Assembly (NCBI GenBank): GCA_046313635.1
Contig: JBKBYA010000006.1
Location: 128,001-192,000, forward strand
Direction: 5' to 3'
Origin: Pyrinomonadaceae bacterium
Lineage (GTDB): Bacteria > Acidobacteriota > Blastocatellia > Pyrinomonadales > Pyrinomonadaceae
DNA length: 64,000 nucleotides
Below are positions 1-8,460 of the stretch, piece after piece. The notes beneath the pieces were generated by a model, which saw only the letters and a list, made by a program, of their open reading frames with translations, was not told the DNA's origin and did no database searches. The position numbers and the translations under genes were made by a program. Position 1 is the first letter of the stretch. Every line of letters starts with the position of its first letter.

Positions 1-1017
1 ATAATCGCCCGAGCCGATCAGCTTGACGATCGACAGCGACAGGTCGGGAAAGTGCAGCGGGTCGGCCTCGCGGCGGCGATCGAGAAATGCCGACAAAGCG
101 ATCGCGTCAGGCTCCGCGGGCAGCGGCTCGTCGTATTCGGCGGCGATCTTTCGAATGCCGTCCCAACGCTCGGGCGTCTTGACTACGCGGCGCAGCGAGA
201 ACGAATTGTTTCGCTCGAGAAACTCGGCCATCTCGACATTCGCCGCGATCATAAAATTCTCTATGATCCGCCGCGCCGAGTTTGTCTTGACCGTCTCGAG
301 GCCGCGGATCTCGCCGCCGACGACGATCGCCGACGACTCGATCGACTCAAATTCCAACGCTCCTCGTTCGCACCTGTAGCGATGAAGCCGCCCGGCCGCC
401 TCGGCCTGCAGCCGAAGCTGCCGCTCGAGGCCGTCGATCCCTTTCACCTTATCTGGCAGCGGGGCGTCGCCCTCAAGCCACTCGCCGATCTCGGAGTAAT
501 TCAGCTTCGCGCGGTTGCGCGTCCAAGCGAGAAAGACGTCGTTGCCGGGCACGTCGCCATTCTCTTTGATCACGAGCTCGACGACGACGCAGAGGCGGTC
601 GGCGTCCTCGACGAGCGAGGTCAGATCGAACGAGAGCTCCTCAGGCAGCAGCGGGAACGTGCGGGCCTCGGTGTAGACGGAGACGGTATTATGAGCCGCG
701 TGCCTGTCGATCGCGCTGCCCTGCCGGACGTACGGGTCGACGTCCGCGATCCCGATCAGCACGCGAATGTCGCCGTCGTCGAGCCGCTCGGCGTACTCGA
801 CCTGATCGAGGTCGCGCGACGAGCGATTGTCGATCGACGACCAGAGCAGGCCGCGCAGGTCGCGAACCGACGGGCCGCCTTCGCCCGCGCCGCGCTCGCG
901 CAGCCCGTCGACCTCGGCGCGGACCTCCGGCGGAAACTCGGGCTCAAACCCGTTCTCGCGCATCACCTGCTCGGCGCGTTCGCTGATCTCGTCGAATGTG
1001 AGTGTGCGGACGGACAT
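1..1017 (-). CDS. RNB-domain exoribonuclease (RNase II/R family), 3' end beyond the window
   Basis: Absent from the ORF track (no stop in window). Hand translation from ATG 1017, which overlaps the dap[16 protein letters not shown]...LWSSIDNRSSRDLDQVEYAE...IGIADV...TVSVYT...FPLLP...LTSL, matching the RNB IDxxxxxDLD motif. Confidence 0.85.
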   Translation of the reverse strand, partial: MSVRTLTFDEISERAEQVMRENGFEPEFPPEVRAEVDGLRERGAGEGGPSVRDLRGLLWSSIDNRSSRDLDQVEYAERLDDGDIRVLIGIADVDPYVRQGSAIDRHAAHNTVSVYTEARTFPLLPEELSFDLTSLVEDADRLCVVVELVIKENGDVPGNDVFLAWTRNRAKLNYSEIGEWLEGDAPLPDKVKGIDGLERQLRLQAEAAGRLHRYRCERGALEFESIESSAIVVGGEIRGLETVKTNSARRIIENFMIAANVEMAEFLERNNSFSLRRVVKTPERWDGIRKIAAEYDEPLPAEPDAIALSAFLDRRREADPLHFPDLSLSIVKLIGSGDY

Positions 1018-1874
1018 CAGCGGAGGTAGTCCTCGAGGCGCGTCGCGGCGTCGGTCTTTTCGTCACGGTATTTGACGATGATCGGCGCGTAGATCGAGAG
1101 GCCGTTCTCTGCGCCGAAGCCTTTGGTGATCTGCCGCGTTCCCTGCACCACGACCGCGCCGGCCGGCACCTCGAGCGGCTGCTCGCCATCGGACTTGTAG
1201 ATCTCGCCCTTGACGAGGTCAAAGAGCGGCGTCGAGCGCGTGAGTATCACGCCCGATGCAAGTACCGCGCGTTCGCGAACGATCGTTCCCTCGTAAACGC
1301 CCGTGTTGCCGCCGACCAGAACGTCGTCCTCGATCACGACCGGATTTGCGTTGACGGGCTCGAGCACACCGCCGATCTGCGCCGCGGCCGAGAGATGAAC
1401 GCGCTTGCCGATCTGCGCGCACGAGCCGACCAGAGCGTGCGAGTCGATCATCGTCCCTTCGCCGACGTAGGCCCCGACATTCACGTAGCACGGCGGCATC
1501 ATCACGACGCTCTCGGCGACGTACGAGCCGTCGCGAATCGTCGTCCCGCCAGGCACGATCCGGACCTTGTCAAAGGCCGTCGTCGGCCTGACCGGATACG
1601 TGTCTTTGTCAAAGAACCGAAACACCTCGGAGCCCGCCGACATATCGACGATCTCGCCCATCCTGAAGCCGAGCAGGATGCCGCGCTTGACCCATTTGTT
1701 TGTGATCCATTTGCCGCGTTTGTCGCGCTCGGCCGCCCGGATCTGTCCCGACCGCAGAGCGGCCTTGAAGTCCTCAAATACCGCGCGGTCATCGTCGCCG
1801 AATTCGGTCCGCTCAAACAGCTCGCCGATGCGCGTCTGAAGGTCGACGATCTTTTGTACGCTTGCCTTTTTCAT
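1017..1874 (-). CDS. dapD: Tetrahydrodipicolinate N-succinyltransferase
   Basis: [45 protein letters not shown] hexapeptide repeats; start taken at ATG 1874. Confidence 0.95.
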   Translation of the reverse strand: MKKASVQKIVDLQTRIGELFERTEFGDDDRAVFEDFKAALRSGQIRAAERDKRGKWITNKWVKRGILLGFRMGEIVDMSAGSEVFRFFDKDTYPVRPTTAFDKVRIVPGGTTIRDGSYVAESVVMMPPCYVNVGAYVGEGTMIDSHALVGSCAQIGKRVHLSAAAQIGGVLEPVNANPVVIEDDVLVGGNTGVYEGTIVRERAVLASGVILTRSTPLFDLVKGEIYKSDGEQPLEVPAGAVVVQGTRQITKGFGAENGLSIYAPIIVKYRDEKTDAATRLEDYLR

Positions 1875-1896
1875 ACAGCTCTCCGTAAGGCGCCTC

Positions 1897-2796
1897 TCAC
1901 ACGCCCGCGGCCTGCATCGCGGCCCGCAGCGCATCGCGCGACTCGCGGCCGACCGGCACGAGCGGCAGGCGAAGATTCTCCTCGAGCAGGCCCATCTCCT
2001 TCATCACGAACTTGCACGGCGCGGGCGACGCCTCGATAAAGTTTGCTTCCATAAGCGGGAGGATCTTGTAGTGGATCTTTCGTGCCGCCGTGTGCGCGCC
2101 GTCGAGCGCACGCTCGACCATCCGCGACGTCTCTTTCGGCAGTTCGTTGGAGACGACCGACACGGGTCCTTCGGCGCCGATGGCGATCAGCGGCAGCGTC
2201 GTCGCATCGTCGCCGGAAAAGACCTTAAAGTTCCGCGGCCGGCCCGCGATGATCTCCATGATCTGTGAAAAATTGCCCGACGCCTCCTTGGTCGCGACGA
2301 TATTCTCGAAGTCGGCGGCGAGCCGCAGCGTCGTCGCTGCCGAGATGTTTGACGACGTGCGCGAAGGCACGTTGTAGAGCATTATCGGAAACCCTTTGAC
2401 CGACCGTGCGATCTCGGCAAAATGCGCGTACATCCCGGCCTGCGTCGGCTTGTTGTAATACGGCGCGACGACGAGCGCCGCGTCGGCCCCGGCCTCGCGC
2501 GCACGCCGCGTAAAGTCGATCGTCGCCGCCGTATTGTTGCCGCCGGTGCCGGCGATCACCTTCGCGCCTTTTGAACGCGCGGCCTCGACGGTCAGGCGAA
2601 TGACGGCGAGCCGCTCGACCTCTTCCATCGTCGCGCTCTCACCGGTCGTCCCGCACGGAACTAGCAGCTTCACGCCGCCGCGGACCTGCCGCTCGACGAG
2701 CTGCCGAAAGCAGTCCTCGTCGACCGACCCGTCCCGCCGAAACGGCGTCACAAGCGCGGTCGCACACCCGCGCATCCAATCAAGTCTCATCGTCAT
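1897..2796 (-). CDS. dapA: 4-hydroxy-tetrahydrodipicolinate synthase
   Basis: [35 protein letters not shown] motifs. Confidence 0.96.
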   Translation of the reverse strand: MTMRLDWMRGCATALVTPFRRDGSVDEDCFRQLVERQVRGGVKLLVPCGTTGESATMEEVERLAVIRLTVEAARSKGAKVIAGTGGNNTAATIDFTRRAREAGADAALVVAPYYNKPTQAGMYAHFAEIARSVKGFPIMLYNVPSRTSSNISAATTLRLAADFENIVATKEASGNFSQIMEIIAGRPRNFKVFSGDDATTLPLIAIGAEGPVSVVSNELPKETSRMVERALDGAHTAARKIHYKILPLMEANFIEASPAPCKFVMKEMGLLEENLRLPLVPVGRESRDALRAAMQAAGV

Positions 2797-2800
2797 AAAG

Positions 2801-2827
2801 TCAGAACCACCCGCGTCAGCGGGCGGG
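2801..2827. repeat. Single GC-rich REP-like hairpin between trpF and dapA
   Basis: tcagaa-CCACCCGC-gtca-GCGGGCGG; no partner copy seen in the window. Confidence 0.35.
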
Positions 2828-2923
2828 CTCTCCGGCGTCGATAGCTATTCATCATTAAAACCGTCGGAATCGTTCCCTAAGACGATCCCCGCGCGCTTTT
2901 CAAAATTCTATTACGCCGCACGC

Positions 2924-3589
2924 TCACGCCATAGCGATACGCTCAAAAAAGTCGGCAAGCTTAACCGCGTCGAGCCGCCCGCCGGTCCTGACACCCGAAC
3001 AAACGTCGAGCCCGAACGGCCGCACGGTCTCGATCGCTTCGACGACATTCTCCGCGTTCAGACCGCCGGCGAGAAAGACCGGCTTGCCGCAGGTCTCGAC
3101 GATGCGGCGGCTCAGGCTCCAGTCGTGGCGACGGCCCGTGCCGCCGAGCTCTTTGACGGCGAGCTTCGGATTGCCGCTGTCGAGCAGTATCGCGTCGACG
3201 TGCTGGGCAAGCTCGCATGCCTCGACGACCGACTCTTCGCCGGTGACATGAATGACCTGGACGAGCTTTACGTTCGGCAGCGCGTCGCGCAGCCTGTCGT
3301 ACTCGCGCTCGACGAGCTCGTCAACGATCTGGATGGTGTTTGTCAGCGTGCGGCGATGGTGGGCGATGATGCCTTCGGCCGTCTGCTCGCTCGTGAGCAG
3401 GAACGTCGCGACCGGCGGCGGAACGAATTTTGCGATCCGCGCGATCGCCTCGTCCTCGATCGGCCCCGGCCCCGAAGGCATCCTGCCGACAAGTCCGATC
3501 GCCGAGGCCCCGCACGAGATCGCGAGCTCGGCCTCGGCCTCGTCGGCGATGCAGCAGATCTTGATTCTAGGTGCCTGATTATTAGCCAC
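2924..3589 (-). CDS. trpF: Phosphoribosylanthranilate isomerase
   Basis: RIKICCI, LLDSG, GGTGRRHDW, FLAGGLNAENV, GLDVCSGV; the GTG start lies inside a repeat arm. Confidence 0.9.
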   Translation of the reverse strand: MANNQAPRIKICCIADEAEAELAISCGASAIGLVGRMPSGPGPIEDEAIARIAKFVPPPVATFLLTSEQTAEGIIAHHRRTLTNTIQIVDELVEREYDRLRDALPNVKLVQVIHVTGEESVVEACELAQHVDAILLDSGNPKLAVKELGGTGRRHDWSLSRRIVETCGKPVFLAGGLNAENVVEAIETVRPFGLDVCSGVRTGGRLDAVKLADFFERIAMA

Positions 3590-3613
3590 AGATGAACACC
3601 GATCTACACAGAT
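3585..3613. repeat. Inverted-repeat arm (10-bp units) downstream of the GxxExxY gene
   Basis: GCCACAGATGAACACCGATCTACACAGAT; matches the reverse complement of 4037-4065 at 24 of 29 positions. Confidence 0.85.
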
Positions 3614-3628
3614 GTGGGTTGCTTAGCT

Positions 3629-4048
3629 TTAGTGAACGATCCTCTTTACCTCGACCCTGGTATTACCGAAATTGATCAGCAGGCATAACCGCAAGCCCGT
3701 CGCCCGCAGGTAGTTGATGCACTGCGCCCGAAACGCGTCAGAGATCTCACGCACGGCCTTTAATTCCACGATGACTTTTCCTTCCACGAGAAGATCCGCA
3801 TCATAGCGACCCACAATTTGGCCATCGTAAACAACAGCGATCGGCCTCTGCTGCTCGACGCTCAACCCCGCTTTCCCAAGTTCGATTGCGAGAGCGTTCT
3901 CATAGACCTTTTCCAAAAAGCCGCATCCGAGCGTATTGCCGACCTTGAACGCACAGCCGATGATTCTCTCGGATATTTCATTCAGTACCGCCATGTCGCG
4001 ATCATCATTCAGCAGGTTGTCCAACAGGCTTTCTTTATCCGTGTCCAT
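3629..4048 (-). CDS. GxxExxY protein (PD-(D/E)XK nuclease-like)
   Basis: LGCGFLEKVYENAL, YDADLLVEGKVIVELKA, QCINYL, LLINFG. Confidence 0.92.
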   Translation of the reverse strand: MDTDKESLLDNLLNDDRDMAVLNEISERIIGCAFKVGNTLGCGFLEKVYENALAIELGKAGLSVEQQRPIAVVYDGQIVGRYDADLLVEGKVIVELKAVREISDAFRAQCINYLRATGLRLCLLINFGNTRVEVKRIVH

Positions 4049-4065
4049 CTGTGTTCATCCGTGGC
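4037..4065. repeat. Inverted-repeat arm upstream of and overlapping the GxxExxY start
   Basis: Reverse complement GCCACGGATGAACACAGATGGACACGGAT; contains the ATG at 4048. Confidence 0.85.
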
Positions 4066-4071
4066 AGAGAT

Positions 4072-4776
4072 CTATTGTTGAATTATCTCGTCGAGCACAT
4101 CGACAAAGTCGTAAAAGCCTTTCTTCCCGACGACCCATTCGGCGGCCATTACGGCTCCCGAAGCAAACCCTTCGCGCGAACGGGCCGTGTGCTCGAGCAG
4201 CACCTGGTCCGCCGAGCCGTCAAAGCCGACGCGGTGCGTGCCGGGAATGTTCCCTGCACGTGTCACAGCGATCTCGGAGGCGAGCTTGACGTGCCGAGAG
4301 ACTAGCTCCTCCAATTTCAAGGCCGTGCCGCTCGGCGCGTCCTTTTTTTGCGAATGATGCTGCTCCTCGATAAAGGTCTCGTACTCGGGAAATTTCGCAA
4401 AAAGCTCCGCAGCAAACTGCGCCACGCGGAAAAACAGATTGACGCCGATCGAGAAGTTGGCGCCGAAGACGAATGCTCCCTCACGTTCCCTTACGAGACC
4501 CTCGATCGCCGCACGCTGATCATTCCAACCCGTCGTTCCCTCGACGAGCGGCACGCCCGCGATCATCGAAGCCTCGACGTTGCGCCGTACCGCATCGGCC
4601 GTTGAAAAGTCGATCGCGACATCGGCCTCCGCGGCGCGGAGAGCATGAGCCAGCGCCTCGGCCGGTCGTCTCGCCGCCTCGCCGTGGATCGCCGCGACGA
4701 TCTCGTGCCCGCGCCCGGCCGCCGTCGCGTCGATCAGACGGCCCATCCTTCCATAGCCGATGAGTGCGATCTTCAT
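4072..4776 (-). CDS. dapB: 4-hydroxy-tetrahydrodipicolinate reductase
   Basis: KIALIGYGRMG, IDFS, GTTGW, ANFSIGVN, EQHHSQKKDAPSGTA, REGFASGA. Confidence 0.95.
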   Translation of the reverse strand: MKIALIGYGRMGRLIDATAAGRGHEIVAAIHGEAARRPAEALAHALRAAEADVAIDFSTADAVRRNVEASMIAGVPLVEGTTGWNDQRAAIEGLVREREGAFVFGANFSIGVNLFFRVAQFAAELFAKFPEYETFIEEQHHSQKKDAPSGTALKLEELVSRHVKLASEIAVTRAGNIPGTHRVGFDGSADQVLLEHTARSREGFASGAVMAAEWVVGKKGFYDFVDVLDEIIQQ

Positions 4777-4842
4777 ATGTATTTCCGATGCGAAAGCCCG
4801 CACGAAAGTAAGGGCGAAAGACGCCGGTTGAATGTATGGCCC

Positions 4843-5871
4843 TTACTGGCGTGCGGGCGTCTGCATTTGATCGCCGGCGAGCAGATTCGAAGCAAGATCG
4901 ACGTACAGCCCGACCGCGCGTCGAAGATCGGCCTTGAGCACGAATTCGTCCCTGGTATGCGCGACGAGTATAGAGCCCGGGCCGAGCAGCAGCGGCCGGC
5001 CCCAGTTTGTCAGGTACGGAATGTCGGTCGTAAACCGGACCACCTTTTGATCAAAGCCGTCGATCGCCATCAGCTTTACGGGCTCGCTGTACGAGAGGAT
5101 CTCGATCTCGCCTCGGCCGCGAATGACCGATTCGAGTGCCTCGCGAATGATCTTCATCTTCGTCGTCAGCCGTATGAGCAATCCCGCCTCGGCCGACGCG
5201 GGAACGACGTTGAGCGCGACGCCGCCGGCGATGGTGCCGATATTGACGGTCGTCTCGCCAAAGTATTCGTCATTCGGAAAGTGCGTGTGCCGAATGTCGT
5301 CGAGTATCTCGAGCAGCGACTCGACCGCCGAATCGCCCTCTTCCGGATAAGCCGAGTGCGCGGCCTTGCCTCGCGTGCGGATCATTAAACGGAACGCGCC
5401 CTTTGACCCGATCGCGAGATCGTTGTCGGTCGGCTCGCCGTTGATCAGGTACTCGCACTTCGGCGCAAGCCGGTGCTGATTTGCGGCCTTCGCCCCGGTC
5501 GACGCCCGCTCCTCCTCGACCGTGTAGAGCAGCCCGATGTCTTTCGCTCCTCGCCTCCTCAACTCCTCGGCCGCCATTATCTGGGCCGCGATAATTCCCT
5601 TCGCGTCGCATGCCCCGCGGCCGTAGATCTTTTCGTCGTCCTCGGTCGGCGCAATGAAGGGCGGCACCGTGTCCATATGCGTCGATAGCCAGACACGCGG
5701 CGTGTCGTTGAGGTACGCGATGACATTGTTCTGATCGGCTGAAACAGGCTGAAGCTCGACGGTCCATCCAAGCGTTTCAAGCGTGTCGCGCAGAAAGATA
5801 CCGACCGCCTGCTCCTCGCCCGAGACCGACGGTATCGCCATCAAAGATCTGGTCAACTCGAATAGGTCCAT
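4843..5871 (-). CDS. M20 ArgE/DapE-family deacylase, probably providing the DapE step
   Basis: THMDTV, GRGACDAKG, VEEE, GEPT, AHS, AHT metal-binding motifs; DapE role inferred only from operon context. Confidence 0.8.
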   Translation of the reverse strand: MDLFELTRSLMAIPSVSGEEQAVGIFLRDTLETLGWTVELQPVSADQNNVIAYLNDTPRVWLSTHMDTVPPFIAPTEDDEKIYGRGACDAKGIIAAQIMAAEELRRRGAKDIGLLYTVEEERASTGAKAANQHRLAPKCEYLINGEPTDNDLAIGSKGAFRLMIRTRGKAAHSAYPEEGDSAVESLLEILDDIRHTHFPNDEYFGETTVNIGTIAGGVALNVVPASAEAGLLIRLTTKMKIIREALESVIRGRGEIEILSYSEPVKLMAIDGFDQKVVRFTTDIPYLTNWGRPLLLGPGSILVAHTRDEFVLKADLRRAVGLYVDLASNLLAGDQMQTPARQ

Positions 5872-5884
5872 AGCATCGCGAACT

Positions 5885-5921
5885 CTAATTAATAATTACT
5901 AATTGGTTAATTACTAATTAG
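5885..5921. repeat. AT-rich TAATTAN tandem repeat / imperfect palindrome in the lysC-M20 spacer
   Basis: ctaattaataattactaattggttaattactaattag in a GC-rich background. Confidence 0.65.
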
Positions 5922-5926
5922 TGTTC

Positions 5927-7291
5927 TTAAAAGAACTCCTCATGCAGCTTACGGATCACGTCAGCGACGGCCGTCTCATTGACGACAAAGGTCATATTCA
6001 CTTCGGAGGCTCCGTGCGAGACGAGCGAGATGTTGACGTCCGAGATCGTCGAAAAGATCTTGGCCGCGAGTCCGCTGCTCGAGCGGAGTCCTTCGCCGAC
6101 GACGCAGATCACCGCGAAGCCGTGTTCGACCTCGACCTCGCCGAGACGCTCGAGTTCGGCGACGATCTTGTCGAGCGACTCGGTATTGTCGAGCGTCATC
6201 GCGACAGAAACTTCGGATGTAGAGATCACGTCGATCGCCGTGCGGTAGCGCTCAAAGATCTGAAAGAGCGCCGCCATAAAGCCGTACGCCCCGAGCATGC
6301 GCGCCGACGTGATGCGGAGGATCGTGATGTTCTTTTTATGCGCGATCGATTTGATCGTCGAGGGTGCGACGCCCGATTCGGCGAGCACCATCGTGCCGAC
6401 GGCCGCGGGCTCGAAAGTATTGCAGACGCGGACCGGAATGTTGTGATCGATCGCCGGCTTGATCGTCTTAGGGTGCAGAACTTTCGCGCCGAAGTATGCA
6501 AGCTCGGCGGCCTCCTCGTATGAAAGAACCGGTATCGTCCTCGCGTCGCCGCAGATGCGCGGGTCGCAGGTCATCACGCCGGTGACGTCGGTCCAGATCT
6601 GCAGCTCGCCGGCGCGGAGCGCGGCCGCGACGAGTGCGGCGGAGTAGTCCGACCCGCCGCGTCCCAAAGTCGTCGTCTCGCCGCCGCGGCTCGCCGCGAT
6701 GAAGCCGCCCATCACAGGCACCTCGCCCCCGTCCACGATCGGGCCGAGCTCGAGCCGCACGAGCCGCTCGGTCTCGTCCCAAACGGGCGCGGCCGAGCCG
6801 TACTCGTCGTCGGTCACGATCACGCGGCGCGAATCGACGTGCCTCGCCGCGACGCCCCGCGACCGGAGCACCTCGGTCAGCAGCCGCGACGACAGCTGCT
6901 CGCCGTACGAGACGACCGCGTCCTTGAGCATCGACAGCGGCAAAGATCGACGCGAGACTCGGGTCAAAAGGTCTTCGAGCTCCTCGCGTGCGTAGTTGAA
7001 CTCGGTCAGGAACGGATTGTTTCCCGTCGGCGGCAGAAACTGCTCTGCGACGTCGAGATGCCGCTCAAAGTGCGGCACGAGCGACGCGAACGCCGACGCC
7101 GCATCGCCGCTCTTCGCCGTCTCAAATGCTCCGAGCAGCGCGTCCGTCACCTTGGTCATCGCCGACACGACGACGACGGGACGACGGCCCGTCTGCGACG
7201 AGACGATGCCCGTCACGCGCTCAAAAGCGGCAACGTCGCCTACCGACGTGCCGCCGAATTTCATTACCGTTGGAGATGCGTTTTGGCTCAC
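5927..7291 (-). CDS. lysC: Aspartate kinase (lysine-sensitive type, C-terminal ACT domains)
   Basis: VMKFGGTSV, TTLGRGGSDYSA, WTDV, ELAYFGAKVLHP, ACT domains. Confidence 0.95.
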   Translation of the reverse strand: MSQNASPTVMKFGGTSVGDVAAFERVTGIVSSQTGRRPVVVVSAMTKVTDALLGAFETAKSGDAASAFASLVPHFERHLDVAEQFLPPTGNNPFLTEFNYAREELEDLLTRVSRRSLPLSMLKDAVVSYGEQLSSRLLTEVLRSRGVAARHVDSRRVIVTDDEYGSAAPVWDETERLVRLELGPIVDGGEVPVMGGFIAASRGGETTTLGRGGSDYSAALVAAALRAGELQIWTDVTGVMTCDPRICGDARTIPVLSYEEAAELAYFGAKVLHPKTIKPAIDHNIPVRVCNTFEPAAVGTMVLAESGVAPSTIKSIAHKKNITILRITSARMLGAYGFMAALFQIFERYRTAIDVISTSEVSVAMTLDNTESLDKIVAELERLGEVEVEHGFAVICVVGEGLRSSSGLAAKIFSTISDVNISLVSHGASEVNMTFVVNETAVADVIRKLHEEFF

Positions 7292-7534
7292 TTGCGCTTC
7301 GAATGCAAGTTCAATTCAAACACGCACCATTGTCAAGAATGCCCGCTGAGGGCGTGTCAACGGTCGCCGCTCCCCTTGCCTCGCGGATCGTCGCCCTTGT
7401 TTGCTCGTGCGGTGCCGCCGGTATGTTTGCCGCCGCTTTCGCCGCCGACGGACGCGAGGTCTATGCCTGCACCGGTGACTAGATGCGTTCCGACGCCGAT
7501 GTAGGGATCGATCGGGAAAAGAACCGTAGCGTCG

Positions 7535-8335
7535 CTACCCGCACAGCACGGCGCCGCCGTTTATGTTGAGGATCTCGCCGGTGATGTGGCGGGCCCACGG
7601 CGAGAGCAGGAAGCAGATCGACAATGCGACGTCGTCGGTCGTCGCGATGCGTCTGAGCGGGATCGAGTCGATGACCTTTTGGTGGTATTCCTCGTCCTCG
7701 AAGGCGGGCCGCACCATCGCAGTCTCGATCCAGCCGGGTGCGACGGCGTTGACGCGGATCTTAGGGCACAGCTCGGATGCGAGAGCTTTGGTGAACGAGA
7801 TCTGGCCGCCTTTCGACGCGGCGTAATTCGAATAGTTCGCCTCGCCGCGCTGGCCGGCCGTTGACGAGACCATCACGATCGCCGCGCCGCCTTCGCGCCG
7901 CTTCATCGAAGGCACGCAGCACTTGGTCATCGCCCAGGCGGATTTGAGATTGGTGTTGAGCACCTTGTTCCAGACCTCCTCGGTCATCTCCTCGATCGGC
8001 GCGCCTTCCCAGATGCCGGCGTTGATCACGAGCAGGTCGATGCCGCCGAACCGCTCGACAGCCTGCCGCGCCAGCTCCTGTGCCTGGAGAAACTCTGAAG
8101 TGTCGGCCTGCACCGCAAAGCTCTCGACCCCGTGCGTCCTGCACGCCGCGACCGTCTCCTCGGCCTCGCCGGCGTTGCTGACGTAGTTGACGACGACATT
8201 TGCCCCACCCTCGGCCAAACGGATCGCCGTCGCGCGGCCGACACCGCGCGAAGACCCGGTGACAATTGCGTTCTTCTCGGCAAACAGACCGTGCGGCAGA
8301 GCGACGGGAACAGGTGCTTCGGACATAGTTTTCAT
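7535..8335 (-). CDS. SDR oxidoreductase (FabG-like)
   Basis: TGSSRGVG, INAGI, YAASK, VNAVAPG, ITGE. Confidence 0.9.
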   Translation of the reverse strand: MKTMSEAPVPVALPHGLFAEKNAIVTGSSRGVGRATAIRLAEGGANVVVNYVSNAGEAEETVAACRTHGVESFAVQADTSEFLQAQELARQAVERFGGIDLLVINAGIWEGAPIEEMTEEVWNKVLNTNLKSAWAMTKCCVPSMKRREGGAAIVMVSSTAGQRGEANYSNYAASKGGQISFTKALASELCPKIRVNAVAPGWIETAMVRPAFEDEEYHQKVIDSIPLRRIATTDDVALSICFLLSPWARHITGEILNINGGAVLCG

Positions 8336-8432
8336 CGTGTTAAGCTAACTCTATTACAAGAGCCTAAATTTCAAAAAATACAGAAGGTCGGAGCTTTTTC
8401 TACCGCGATCGAGGTCAACGGCGATGCTCCGT

Positions 8433-8460
8433 CTGACCACCGGCCACTGACCACCGACTA
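8433..8460. repeat. Heptamer tandem run ending in the A of the start codon
   Basis: CTGACCA CCGGCCA CTGACCA CCGACTA(TG). Confidence 0.6.

Noticed and set aside
52..1029. 325-aa plus-strand ORF
   Set aside because: Antisense shadow of the RNB gene on the minus strand
7292..7534. Lysine riboswitch upstream of lysC
   Set aside because: No recognisable conserved riboswitch motifs or terminator by eye; an Rfam scan would settle it
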